Shown piece by piece: positions 21,284 through 30,537 of a DNA stretch of 47,064 bases (positions are counted from its first letter, which is position 1; every line of letters starts with the position of its first letter). The notes under the pieces were generated by a model that did no database searches, was not told the DNA's origin, and saw only the letters and a program-made list of their open reading frames with translations. The stretch is from contig JBITAB010000092.1 of assembly GCA_044439825.1 (NCBI GenBank), forward strand, positions 1-47,064. Direction: 5' to 3'. The position numbers and the translations under genes were made by a program. Source of the stretch: Phycisphaerales bacterium JB064 (GTDB lineage Bacteria > Planctomycetota > Phycisphaerae > Phycisphaerales > UBA1924).

Positions 21284-23242
21284 ATGGGCCGCTTCGGCAT
21301 GCCTCCGGGGCCTGATCAGGCCATGATGGCCCGCAGTTCCACGTGGAACGCTGGTGCTGCGCCACAGCCCGCCATTGGCGGCGGGGGCATCATCACTCCC
21401 ACTGGTACCGGGGAAATCTGGGCGTTCTCGAAGACGATCCGGGCGGCCCGCAAGGCCAGAACGCAGCACGAGCCCCTGTGGGACCACTGGCGGCGGCAGT
21501 TGCAAGGGCGCTGGTACAAGGGCGAGGGTCCTGTCCGCATGGAGAATGTCGAGTTCTCCTACGCGTGGCGCATTCTGCAGGACGTGGCGGCGCGGCTGCC
21601 CAAGGTCAGCGTGCGGGCTCGCAAGGAGTTCGTCGATGCGATGACGGCCAAGCTGCACGAGGTCGCGGTGAACGCGATCTTCGACCGCCAGAAGTTCCAT
21701 GACGAGCTTCGGATGGCCGTGCACGACTCCCTGTACGCGGGCGGGTTCATCAAGACCGGCCTGCACCCGACGAGCGGAGCCTTTGGTGGGGACATGCTGG
21801 CGGCGGACGCGGGGCTGCTGGACGGCACGGGCGGCGGGTTCGACCCGACCATGCCCTTTGCCGAGCGGATCAGCCCGTGGACGATGCTGTGGGACGACGC
21901 GGCCGAGCACTGGAACAAGACCGAGTTCTACGGCCACGAGTTCATGCGGAGCCTCGACGCGGCGATCCAGGACGATCGCTACGACATCAACGCGCGACTC
22001 ATGTTCCGGGACCAGACGAGCCTGCTGAGCGAGGCCGAGCGCCATCGCCGGTACGGGCACATCGAGAACCTGGGCCCGATGATCCGGCTGGTGGAGCTTT
22101 GGGTCCGTCACACCAACGAGCTCTGGACGCTCTATGAGGTCGGGCCGACCGAGTTCCGCGTCGTGCGGAAGGTGCCCTTCCACGGGCCCGATCGTGGCCC
22201 GATCCGCTGCCTGGGCTATCTGAACGTGCCCGACAAGGTGCTGCCGTACCCCCTGTATGCGGGCTGGCGCGACCTTGCGGCTGAGCACGAGATCAACCTG
22301 CGGCAGATGACGCGCCAGCACGGGGCGTACAAGCGCGTGGCGACGGTATCGGGTCAGGCGGCCAAGAAGGACGGCAAGCTGATCCAGAAGGTGGACGACG
22401 ACCACCTGATCGAAGCCGATGAGCAGACCAAGTTCGGGTCGATCGAGATTGGCGGCCTGAGCGACACGGTCGTGAAGTGGTACGGGCTGGTCGATGGCCT
22501 GCTGGACCGCCAGAGCGGCCTGACGGACATGCGGATGGGCGTGGCCGGCCAGGGCAACACGGCGACCGAGACGAGCATCGTCAACAACAACGCGAGCTCG
22601 TCGATCCAGGAGATGCGCCGCAACGTCGGCCGCTTCGTCGAGGACATCGCCGACGACATCGGCTGGTACGTCCACAACGACCAGAGCGTGATGGTGTCTG
22701 GCACGATCCGCGGCGAGGACGGGATGCCGGCGGACATCGAGGTCTATGGCGGCATGGACATCGACCCCATGACCGGGCTGCCCATCGAGGGCCAGAGCGG
22801 CTGGGAGGACTTCTACACCAGCGTGAACCCGGACGAGCTCTGGATCTCGACGGACCAACTGGACAAGGCGCAGGCGCGTGAGCAGGCCGAGTTCGTGCTG
22901 GGCATCCTGCGTCCGGCGCTCAACAGCCAGGGCTTCGACATCAACATGCTGTCCTTCGCTCGAGACACGAGCGAGAAGATGGGGATGCGTTCGATCGAAA
23001 GCTGGATCGTGCCCATGAACCCGATGGCGATGGCGATGGGCATGCAGAGCATGATGAGCGAGCCGGGCGGCGGGCAGATCAAGGACGCGATGACGACTCG
23101 GCAGCCTGGCGCTGACCCGGTGCAGAGCGGGATCATGAACGGAGCGGCCAATCCGGCCATTAGCGCCGCCACACAGGCGGCAAGCCCGATGCGCGAGGCG
23201 ATGACGCCCGCAGGGAGCAACAACAGCCCAAGGGGGATGTGA
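21284..23242 (+). CDS. portal protein
   Basis: The protein is 652 aa and lies directly after terL, with SD ACAAGGAGTACGCT-ATG. The call rests on size and position; no motif was recognised by eye. Confidence 0.75.
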   Translation: MGRFGMPPGPDQAMMARSSTWNAGAAPQPAIGGGGIITPTGTGEIWAFSKTIRAARKARTQHEPLWDHWRRQLQGRWYKGEGPVRMENVEFSYAWRILQDVAARLPKVSVRARKEFVDAMTAKLHEVAVNAIFDRQKFHDELRMAVHDSLYAGGFIKTGLHPTSGAFGGDMLAADAGLLDGTGGGFDPTMPFAERISPWTMLWDDAAEHWNKTEFYGHEFMRSLDAAIQDDRYDINARLMFRDQTSLLSEAERHRRYGHIENLGPMIRLVELWVRHTNELWTLYEVGPTEFRVVRKVPFHGPDRGPIRCLGYLNVPDKVLPYPLYAGWRDLAAEHEINLRQMTRQHGAYKRVATVSGQAAKKDGKLIQKVDDDHLIEADEQTKFGSIEIGGLSDTVVKWYGLVDGLLDRQSGLTDMRMGVAGQGNTATETSIVNNNASSSIQEMRRNVGRFVEDIADDIGWYVHNDQSVMVSGTIRGEDGMPADIEVYGGMDIDPMTGLPIEGQSGWEDFYTSVNPDELWISTDQLDKAQAREQAEFVLGILRPALNSQGFDINMLSFARDTSEKMGMRSIESWIVPMNPMAMAMGMQSMMSEPGGGQIKDAMTTRQPGADPVQSGIMNGAANPAISAATQAASPMREAMTPAGSNNSPRGM

Positions 23243-23832
23243 TGGAAGTCGAAAGTGGTGTTGGTGGGTATGGATCGCACGCATCGGAAGAAAAGATTCT
23301 GTTTGATCGCATGATGAATATGCTTCTGCAAGAAGAAGGCCAAGGTGGGAACTGTTCGCAGAGGATCGAACGCCTTCAGACAAAGGCCGAGGAAATGTCG
23401 AGGTCTGGCATGTCTATGGATCTGCGATTCCTCGGCGGACTCGCCTTGGCTGGTTTTGCAAGGTTTATGATTCACTGTGATCGACAGTTGGACCGTATTC
23501 ACGTTGACAACCAGACAAAGCGAGCATGGCTAGACAGGAAGGTTAAGGGTGGAGGCGTCCCATTGTGGTACGACAACGACGACCGTTACGAGCATGAGAT
23601 GGATGCGATTCATCACGGTCGTTGCGAAGCTGCTTATCGCCGTGGGTTTCAACAAGGTATGGTTTGCGCGCAAGGCATTCTCAAGCACATGGGGTTAGAC
23701 GGTGCTGCGGCAAGACTTGATTACCCGGCCAAGAACTTGGCAGAGTCCATGCGATTTGACGGCAAGCCGCACACAGACTACATGAACGAAATTGCTGCCA
23801 AAACCCTTGGCGTTCCGTGGGGTGACGAGTGA
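23242..23832 (+). CDS. hypothetical protein, first gene of glyco-island 1 (AT-richer codon usage)
   Basis: Track ORF 23239..23832. The ATG at 23242 overlaps the portal stop (TGATG). It has visibly more A/T-ending codons than its neighbours. Confidence 0.65.
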   Translation: MEVESGVGGYGSHASEEKILFDRMMNMLLQEEGQGGNCSQRIERLQTKAEEMSRSGMSMDLRFLGGLALAGFARFMIHCDRQLDRIHVDNQTKRAWLDRKVKGGGVPLWYDNDDRYEHEMDAIHHGRCEAAYRRGFQQGMVCAQGILKHMGLDGAAARLDYPAKNLAESMRFDGKPHTDYMNEIAAKTLGVPWGDE

Positions 23833-24572
23833 TTGCCAGTGTTGTGACGACGTACAACCGTCCTGAGCAGTTGGCCAAGACGCTGCCGCAGATTGCGGCG
23901 TTGGGCGCGCCGGTTCTGGTGGTGGATGATGGGAGTGACGCCCGCCTTCACGCCGAAGGCGACAAGGTCAACGCTTCACATGGATTCCGAGTGCATGTTG
24001 CATGTTGTGATTGTGGCATTGAGCACTACATCCGGCTACACAGCAATCGCGGCCTCGCCTGCGCCCTGAACATCGGCCTGTCCTACTGGCTGGCCGACCC
24101 CGAGGTCGAGTTCATCAGCGTGTTCCAGGACGACTGCGACATCGACCCGGACCTGCACCGGGTGATGCTCGAAGTGTGCCGCTCGTTCGACCGCGACGCT
24201 CGAACCCTGTTTACGGGCTTCGACGCCATCGAGCATGGCAAGGGGCATCTGCAGGCCGTTCAAGGGATCGAGGTCTACGAGAAGCAGACCGGCGGCGGCG
24301 TCCACCTATTCGGGCGTCGGCACGTCTGGGAAAGCCTCATGCCGATCCCCTCGCTCGGCGTCGGCCTGCCGCGTGACGGCATGGGCAGCCGAGTGGACTT
24401 CAACCTGACCAGCCATGCCCGAGGCGGCGCTGTGCCCCTGCTGTGCGTGCCCGGACTCGTGAGCCATCGCGCGTGGAAGGGCGAGGATTCGACGTGGTGC
24501 CGATCCGATCGCGTGTGCGGCAAGGATGGCCCGCTCGATCGCAGCGCCATCAAGGGCTGGGTGCCGGCATGA
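23829..24572 (+). CDS. family-2 (GT-A) glycosyltransferase
   Basis: The N-terminus reads VIASVVTTYNRPEQL...VLVVDDGSD and is followed by a DXD-like FQDDCDID. The GTG start overlaps the upstream stop (GTGA). Confidence 0.8.
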   Translation: MIASVVTTYNRPEQLAKTLPQIAALGAPVLVVDDGSDARLHAEGDKVNASHGFRVHVACCDCGIEHYIRLHSNRGLACALNIGLSYWLADPEVEFISVFQDDCDIDPDLHRVMLEVCRSFDRDARTLFTGFDAIEHGKGHLQAVQGIEVYEKQTGGGVHLFGRRHVWESLMPIPSLGVGLPRDGMGSRVDFNLTSHARGGAVPLLCVPGLVSHRAWKGEDSTWCRSDRVCGKDGPLDRSAIKGWVPA

Positions 24573-24772
24573 TGCAGTTCTTTATCGCGGCGTCATTCTT
24601 GTGCTGGTCTATATGGTTTTTCGTTGGGACGCTGCGCATCTTGACGGGCAAGTACGAAAGGCGTATTGACGAAGTGTACGCGCTTGCCAAACACTGCTTT
24701 TGCGCCCACGCCGCAGGCCTGTTACTAGCTCTGGTGACGCTTGCAGTGCAACAACTTGAGGCGTTGACATGA
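24569..24772 (+). CDS. small 2-TM membrane protein
   Basis: This is the inner part of track ORF 24443..24772. The ATG at 24569 overlaps the GT2 stop (ATGA). Hydrophobic segments are FFIAASFLCWSIWFFVGTL and AAGLLLALVTLAV. Confidence 0.6.
   Translation: MMQFFIAASFLCWSIWFFVGTLRILTGKYERRIDEVYALAKHCFCAHAAGLLLALVTLAVQQLEALT
24752..24761 (+). promoter_or_regulatory. near copy of the CAACTTGAGGA box (CAACTTGAGGc) on the plus strand
   Basis: 10 of 11 positions match. It lies 7 nt upstream of the ATG at 24769. Confidence 0.6.
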
Positions 24773-25545
24773 CCGTGGTATTCGGCCCCTACGTCGGCGA
24801 GTTCGGCTGGGAGGTTCGCGCCTGGGCTCCGCACGTCTACGCGCGTGTGGTTCGGATGCGTGTTGCCGGCGACCAGACGCCGGTGACGATCATCGCCAAG
24901 GAGGGCAGCCGCGCGCTGTACGAGCCTGCGCTGGCGCTCAAGGGCGTGGAGTTCTGCACGCGCGAGGACTGGCCGAAGGAGCCTGCCGAGTACATGCACC
25001 TGCACCATCCCGGCGCGCAGCGAGCATGGGAGGAGCGCCTGGACGAGCAGACTTCGCTGTTAAAGATCGCGGCGATCCGTCCGAAGCCTGGGCTTGCCTT
25101 TGCCGAGTCGTGTCTGGAGGACATCAAGAAGCATGGGTATGAGGCCAACCCAACAACGCAATCTGGCTACATGATTGCGATATGCCGGCGAGACCGCGCT
25201 GACCTTGCGCCTGAGCGCAATTACCAACGGTGGGACGACCTGAGGGATCATCTGGTTGACACGGCGACGCCTCACAATTGGGTAAGCAAGACATGGTCTT
25301 GCGTTGCCCTTGACGATCTTCGATCCGCGCCAGTTGCGGTCGGCGAATCCTCCGGCCCCATGCACCTTGCCATCACGGCGGGCGTGCCGATCGTGACGTG
25401 GGGCAAGCCTGGGACACGCGAGAAGTACGAGCACGATAACTGGCATGGCGTGCCGATGCGCATCATCGACGGGCTCCAGCCCGAACCACAGGCCATCGCT
25501 GACGCGGTGGCGGATTTGCTCGAGGAGGTCTCTGGTGGGGTATAA
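24769..25545 (+). CDS. GT-B glycosyltransferase, family-9 (heptosyltransferase)-like
   Basis: VAVGESSGPMHLAITAGVPIVTWG matches the nucleotide-sugar-binding motif of GT9 enzymes (DSGPMHLAAA.G.P). It has an ATGA overlap with the upstream gene. Confidence 0.7.
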   Translation: MTVVFGPYVGEFGWEVRAWAPHVYARVVRMRVAGDQTPVTIIAKEGSRALYEPALALKGVEFCTREDWPKEPAEYMHLHHPGAQRAWEERLDEQTSLLKIAAIRPKPGLAFAESCLEDIKKHGYEANPTTQSGYMIAICRRDRADLAPERNYQRWDDLRDHLVDTATPHNWVSKTWSCVALDDLRSAPVAVGESSGPMHLAITAGVPIVTWGKPGTREKYEHDNWHGVPMRIIDGLQPEPQAIADAVADLLEEVSGGV

Positions 25546-26134
25546 CCCGGTGGAATATTGGAAGGGTCGGTACGAGCAGCAGGGCCCGGTCTACGTGGCC
25601 CGGCATGGCATGACGCCCGAGCAGGCGGCCGGACAGGCCGGGATGTTCAGGAAGGCCATCGATCGGACGCGGGGCCGAGTGCTGGACTACGGGTGCGGCG
25701 TCGGCCGTCTGGCTGCCTACCTGTCCGAGACGGCGCACGAGTACGTCGGCATGGACATCTGCGAGGGTGCGCTGGAGTTCGCCCGCAAGGCGCACGGGTC
25801 CAACAACGTCCTCTTTGAGCCCGCATCAGGGCTGCATCTGCTGCCCGATGGCTACTTCGACCTGACGGTCTGCTGCACGGTCCTCCAGCACGTCCCTGAC
25901 GAGGACATCGACCGCGTAATGGCGCAACTCAAGCGCGTCACCAAGGGCCGATTCTGCATCATCGACAGCGCCGAGTTCGACAGCACGGCCGAGCATATGT
26001 TCCCGCGCGAGCCCCGAGAGTTCACGAGATGGCTCGACCTGCAAGAGCCGATCAAGCGGATGCTCGACGTGGACCATCGCGGCTCGCACTACGTCCTGAC
26101 CGGACGCGCCGCAACCGACATCGTGGCCGCTTAA
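25535..26134 (+). CDS. class I SAM-dependent methyltransferase
   Basis: This is the inner part of track ORF 25445..26134. The GTG at 25535 is preceded by GAGGAGG. Motif I is VLDYGCGVGRLAAYL, with later motifs YVGMDI and CCTVLQHVPDEDI. Confidence 0.85.
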   Translation: MGYNPVEYWKGRYEQQGPVYVARHGMTPEQAAGQAGMFRKAIDRTRGRVLDYGCGVGRLAAYLSETAHEYVGMDICEGALEFARKAHGSNNVLFEPASGLHLLPDGYFDLTVCCTVLQHVPDEDIDRVMAQLKRVTKGRFCIIDSAEFDSTAEHMFPREPREFTRWLDLQEPIKRMLDVDHRGSHYVLTGRAATDIVAA

Positions 26135-26167
26135 CAACACTGAATCGACAAGCATTATCTTTTCTTC

Positions 26168-26206
26168 GTGGCGCAACTCATATTGAGTCTGCGCCACGCT
26201 TGTTTT
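26168..26206 (+). terminator. intrinsic terminator ending the terminase-portal-glyco unit
   Basis: GTGGCGCAACTCA-TAT-TGAGT(C)TGCGCCAC is followed by GCTTGTTTTG. Confidence 0.7.
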
Positions 26207-26270
26207 GTGGTGGTCTGGGCAATTCCGACAAGCGAAACATTAGTGTTTCTACGGATGCTGCCCTGTTTAT

Positions 26271-26594
26271 ATGCCAATGTACGAGTTCCGCGCCGAGACC
26301 GGAGAGGTCATCGAGCGGTTCTATCGCATGAACGACACTCGGCCAGAGGTCATCGTCGAGGATGGCGTCGAGTATCGCCGCGTCTACAGCGCCGTGCAGG
26401 TTGACGACGGGCGGCGCAAGGGCCAGTACCCCTACGTCAGCCACGCCATCGCCGGAACCCCGGCGGCGCGCGACTGCAAGCACGTAGACGCCCCGGTGGC
26501 CGGTGGGAAGCACAACGAGCGCCTGCCGCTTGTCGAGAGCCGCGCCCACGAGGAGCGGCTGATGGGCAAGCACGGCATGTACAAGCGCGAATAG
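26271..26594 (+). CDS. hypothetical protein
   Basis: Track ORF with no clear SD. The N-terminus MPMYEFRAETGEVIERF resembles FmdB-type zinc-ribbon N-termini but lacks the cysteines. Confidence 0.55.
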   Translation: MPMYEFRAETGEVIERFYRMNDTRPEVIVEDGVEYRRVYSAVQVDDGRRKGQYPYVSHAIAGTPAARDCKHVDAPVAGGKHNERLPLVESRAHEERLMGKHGMYKRE

Positions 26595-26602
26595 GAGCAA
26601 GC

Positions 26603-27790
26603 ATGGACCCGAAGGATCTGACGAACGCCGCTGGCAAGCCCGCAAGCCTCAAGATGGCCGACACCGGCCCCTCCGTCGAGGAGATGGAGGATGCTGCGAT
26701 GGATTCGCTCCTGGATGGCAACGCCCCCGGCGAATCCGAGCAGCCCGAGCAGCGCGGCCAGACGCTCCAGGACGGCCTGATGGCGGCCGCGCGTGCGGCG
26801 GACCAGCAGCACCAGACCCAGCAGGAGATCGAGGAGCCGCCCCCGGCGACGGAATTGTCGATGGGCGAGCAGATGTTCCTCAGCCGCTCGGGCTACAGCG
26901 CCGAGCAGGTCGAGACGATCCGCGGCATGTCGCCCGAGCAGCGCGCGATCCTGTGGTCGAAGCTCGAGACCCCCGGCGGCTTCCAGAACCAGCAGCCGCA
27001 GTTTGGCCAGCCGAACCCGTACCTGAGCCAGCAGCAGCCCTGGCAGAGCCAGCAGCAGCCCTGGCAGAGCCAGCCGCAGTTCTACCCAAGCCAGAACGCG
27101 CCGCAGCCGCAATTCCGAACGCAGGGCCAGCAGCCCGTCACATGGAACCAGCAGCCCCAGTTCACCCAGCAGCAGGGCTACCAGCCCCAGCAGCAGCCCG
27201 GCTACCCGCAGGTGGACCAGCGGCAGTTGCAATCGCTGGCCGACCAGATGGGCGTGGACGCGGCGGCGCTGCAGGGCCTCACCCAGTTCCAACTCGATCA
27301 GGCCGCCGCTCGCTTCCAGCAGCACCAGCAGCAGAACGATCAGCGGTTCGAGCAGATGCAGCAGCAGTTCGAGCGCGTGCAGGCCGCCCAGCGCGAGCAG
27401 CACGTCACCCGCTCGATGGACGAGGCTTTCCAGGCCATCACCCAGCGATACCCGCAGTTTGGCACGCGCGGCGACTTCGATCGCCTCGTGCTGGATCGCA
27501 CCGTGGCGGCGCAGGCCCGCTACATGGAAGAGAACTTCGGCGTCCCTCTCAGTCAGGCGTTGGCGGCGACGGTCGAGCAGATGGTCGCTCCGCAAATGAA
27601 CCAGCAGATGGGCCGCACCACACAGCAGCAACTCCACCAGAACGCCCGGCGGGCACGAAACACCGCCGAGCGGACCCCGCAGGTTGGCCGGGCTCCCGCC
27701 CCGCCGGCGCTCCGCGAGGGCCGCGATGGCGTTGACGACTACGTGGACCAGTTGCTGCGGCAGGGCGCGTTCGACCAGCGCGCCGGATAA
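26603..27790 (+). CDS. scaffolding protein candidate (Q-rich)
   Basis: It lies immediately upstream of the capsid gene. It is 395 aa with an acidic N-terminus, a long Q/P-rich low-complexity centre and a helical C-terminus. Confidence 0.6.
   Translation: MDPKDLTNAAGKPASLKMADTGPSVEEMEDAAMDSLLDGNAPGESEQPEQRGQTLQDGLMAAARAADQQHQTQQEIEEPPPATELSMGEQMFLSRSGYSAEQVETIRGMSPEQRAILWSKLETPGGFQNQQPQFGQPNPYLSQQQPWQSQQQPWQSQPQFYPSQNAPQPQFRTQGQQPVTWNQQPQFTQQQGYQPQQQPGYPQVDQRQLQSLADQMGVDAAALQGLTQFQLDQAAARFQQHQQQNDQRFEQMQQQFERVQAAQREQHVTRSMDEAFQAITQRYPQFGTRGDFDRLVLDRTVAAQARYMEENFGVPLSQALAATVEQMVAPQMNQQMGRTTQQQLHQNARRARNTAERTPQVGRAPAPPALREGRDGVDDYVDQLLRQGAFDQRAG
27028..27069 (+). repeat. perfect 21-bp tandem duplication
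   Basis: CCAGCAGCAGCCCTGGCAGAG occurs twice in tandem and encodes QQQPWQS x2 within the scaffold candidate. Confidence 0.95.
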
Positions 27791-27806
27791 GCAGGAGGGC
27801 TGACCA

Positions 27807-28922
27807 ATGCCCGGAATCCGACTGGACAACTTCGCGGACTTCGCCCTGGCGACGGACGCGGCCGTGATGACCGGCCCCGACAAGATCATCAACGACCTGA
27901 GCCGGTATCACACGTACAACTTCTTCCGGATCTGGAACCGCCACAAGAAGATCGGCGGCGGCAACGGCATCGAGGACTACATCGAGCTCAAGCCGATCAA
28001 CACCGGCCAGTGGGTGAACTCTGGCCACACGTTCAACGTGACCTCGACGGACGGCCTGGTCAAGCACCAGGTCAACTGGGCGCGGTACGCCAACTACCTC
28101 ACCTGGGACAAGGACGAGGTGGAGATGAACGAGGGCCCCGAGGCCAAGGCCAAGACCTACAAGAAGGTCTACAAGTCCAAGCGCATGCGCGTTCGTGAGA
28201 ACACGGCAAGCGACCTTGAGACCGCCCTGTGGGCTGACCCCACCAACGAGATGGAGCTTCCCACCGGCACGACGGCCGTGGCCCCCACGACCCCGCGCCA
28301 GATGTACTCCATCCCCGCGCTCATCACCAACGACGGCCTCGCGCCGAGCGCCTTCACCACGTCGGGAACGGTCCAGGGCATCGACCCCAGCAACCCCGAC
28401 TACGTGAACTGGCGCAACCAGTTCTACTCGTTGGCCAACTGGGAGAGCGAGCTCGAGGCCGCGCTCTTCGAGATGAAGCACATGAGCAAGTGGGAGAAGT
28501 CTGGCGGCCCCGCCGACGAGGTGATGACGGGCACCAGCGTCGAGAACGTCGAGTGCTACTGCGACTTCAAGACCCTGGACACCATCCGCCGCATCCTCCT
28601 GGCCCGCAACGACTCGCTGGCCTACCTGGGTCAGCGCGACGACACGCTCCGCTACATGAACGTCAAGTTCAACTGGGCCGAGCCTCTGGGCGGACCGACC
28701 ACCACCGAGACCGAGCAGCAGATCTTCGGCGTCAACTGGGACTACCTGATGCCCACCTGCCGCAAGGACTACTTCATGAAGCTGTTCGGCATGGACAACG
28801 GCGGCCCGTTCGTTCCGTGGGACACCCCTCTGCAGCGCGTGCTGTACGAGTTCACCGACGTCCAGTTGTTCCTGGCCAGCCGTCGTCGTCACTTCAAGAT
28901 TTTCCACCAGGATGCCGCCTAA
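27807..28922 (+). CDS. major capsid protein candidate
   Basis: The protein is 371 aa with SD GCAGGAGGGCTGACCA-ATG. It sits after the scaffold, and a strong terminator lies downstream of the next small gene. The call rests on position and size. Confidence 0.75.
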   Translation: MPGIRLDNFADFALATDAAVMTGPDKIINDLSRYHTYNFFRIWNRHKKIGGGNGIEDYIELKPINTGQWVNSGHTFNVTSTDGLVKHQVNWARYANYLTWDKDEVEMNEGPEAKAKTYKKVYKSKRMRVRENTASDLETALWADPTNEMELPTGTTAVAPTTPRQMYSIPALITNDGLAPSAFTTSGTVQGIDPSNPDYVNWRNQFYSLANWESELEAALFEMKHMSKWEKSGGPADEVMTGTSVENVECYCDFKTLDTIRRILLARNDSLAYLGQRDDTLRYMNVKFNWAEPLGGPTTTETEQQIFGVNWDYLMPTCRKDYFMKLFGMDNGGPFVPWDTPLQRVLYEFTDVQLFLASRRRHFKIFHQDAA

Positions 28923-28949
28923 TCCGGGCTGTAGCCCAGGAGGTTTATC

Positions 28950-29354
28950 ATGCCCGTGACCGTGAATCTCAACAGCGCTCTCCCGCAGAACTGGGGGATC
29001 GACATCCCCTGCCGTGCGGCGGAGAACCTGACGCTCGGCAACATCGTCTTTCTGACGCAATCCGGCGGCAACTGGCACGCGAACCAGAGCAACGGCGTGA
29101 CCGATCCCGGTTTCGCCGGCGTGGCGCTGGCGACCGTGGCCAGTGGCGCGAGCGTGCGCGTCAAGGTGCAGGGCATCGCCGTGGTGTCCACGAGCCTGAG
29201 CGGTCTGTCTGGCGCTGCCCAGAACCTTCCGCTGGCTCCGGCCGCCGCCGGCGCGTGCGCGCCGCGTTCGACTTCGCTGACCCCCGCTCTCGGCACCGTC
29301 TGGTCGCTTGCGAACAACCAGATCAAGCTGAACGGCTGGGGCCCGCACGCCTGA
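28950..29354 (+). CDS. head decoration/cement-like protein
   Basis: The protein is 134 aa, G/A/V-rich and beta-type, and lies directly after the capsid gene. Confidence 0.45.
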   Translation: MPVTVNLNSALPQNWGIDIPCRAAENLTLGNIVFLTQSGGNWHANQSNGVTDPGFAGVALATVASGASVRVKVQGIAVVSTSLSGLSGAAQNLPLAPAAAGACAPRSTSLTPALGTVWSLANNQIKLNGWGPHA

Positions 29355-29409
29355 TCCACCAACCGCCGCGGGGAACGCCAGCTCCGCCCCGCGGCACCCA
29401 CCAAGGGCT

Positions 29410-29436
29410 CGGCCGGGACACCGGCCGGGTCTTTTT
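29410..29436 (+). terminator. intrinsic terminator after the capsid genes
   Basis: CGGCCGG-GACA-CCGGCCG is followed by GGTCTTTTTC. An additional hairpin CCGCGGGG...CCCCGCGG lies at 29366-29394. Confidence 0.7.
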
Positions 29437-29438
29437 CA

Positions 29439-30527
29439 ATGGCCACAACCGTCGATCAGACCTTTGAGGTCGCCTACTCGCAGACGCCGATGGACGCCGA
29501 CACGGCGAAGCTGCGCATCCAGACCACGACCGCGCTGAACGGCACGGCTTCTGGCTCGGACATCACGCTCGAGACCGGGCCCGTGACCGAAGTGGAGATG
29601 AGCCAGTACCACCCTGGGCTGTTCTCCTACACGACCACCGGCGGCGTCCTGACGCGAGGCCAGACCTACCGGGCCTTCTACTCGATCGAGGTTGGCGGTT
29701 CCGAGGCCGAGACGCACACGCAGGACTTCACGGCCTTTGGCGACGCCTTCGACAGCCTGCTCGCGCGCTCGCCCTACACGCTGACCCTGGCGGACATGCA
29801 GGGGTACGTAAGCCGGGTTCTGGGCGAGTCTGACCTGTCCAACCCCGGCACGAGCACGCTGATCGACATCGTGAACGACGCGATCCAGCGGGTCTGGGAC
29901 GCGCACCCGTGGTCGTTCCGCACGTCGGACCCGTGGCAGATGAGCCTTGTGAGCGGGCAGTACCGCTACCGCCTGCCGATCGACTGCGTGGACATCGACC
30001 AGATCGTCTGGCGTGACAACCTGACGGCCAAGGTGCAGCGCAAGCCCATCGACACGATCGTGCGCCTGCGCGAGAACACGAGCACGGGCGCGACGAACCT
30101 GCTGTACTGGGACGCGGTGTACGACTCGACGCCCGACGACCCGATGACCGAGGGCCGCCACATCCTGGAGGTCTGGCCGACGCCAACGGGCTTCCGCGAC
30201 CGGGCTCTTGAGGTGCGCTACCAGCGTCGCCCCATGAAGGTCTGCAAGGCCGCCGACGTGATCCCGCTTCCGCACGGGTACCACACGCTCGTCAAGGAGT
30301 GCGTGCGTTATCTGGCGGCTGCCGAGGTCGGCATGAACGAGCAGGCCGCGTACTGGAAGGCCGAGTACCTGGATGCCCTGCGTGAGCGCAAAGAGGCCGA
30401 CAACCGCTACGGCCCGACCGACCTTGGCCGCGTCGGCTGCCGCCCCACCGCCTTCGACGTAGACGAAGACCCGTGGAGCCCGTACCTGCACATCGACCCA
30501 AACGCACGCTGGGACCCCAGCGCGTAA
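29439..30527 (+). CDS. virion structural protein (head-tail connector region)
   Basis: Track ORF of 362 aa, positioned between the capsid and tail genes. Confidence 0.65.
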   Translation: MATTVDQTFEVAYSQTPMDADTAKLRIQTTTALNGTASGSDITLETGPVTEVEMSQYHPGLFSYTTTGGVLTRGQTYRAFYSIEVGGSEAETHTQDFTAFGDAFDSLLARSPYTLTLADMQGYVSRVLGESDLSNPGTSTLIDIVNDAIQRVWDAHPWSFRTSDPWQMSLVSGQYRYRLPIDCVDIDQIVWRDNLTAKVQRKPIDTIVRLRENTSTGATNLLYWDAVYDSTPDDPMTEGRHILEVWPTPTGFRDRALEVRYQRRPMKVCKAADVIPLPHGYHTLVKECVRYLAAAEVGMNEQAAYWKAEYLDALRERKEADNRYGPTDLGRVGCRPTAFDVDEDPWSPYLHIDPNARWDPSA

Positions 30528-30537
30528 GGAGACTGAC

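Noticed and set aside
26207-26270. Late promoter for the scaffold/capsid unit (TAGTGT at 26241-26246; ACAAGCGAAAC resembling the AAGCGTTA box)
   Set aside because: There is no acceptable -35 at 16-18 nt, and the resemblance to the conserved box is only partial. This is not enough to call.
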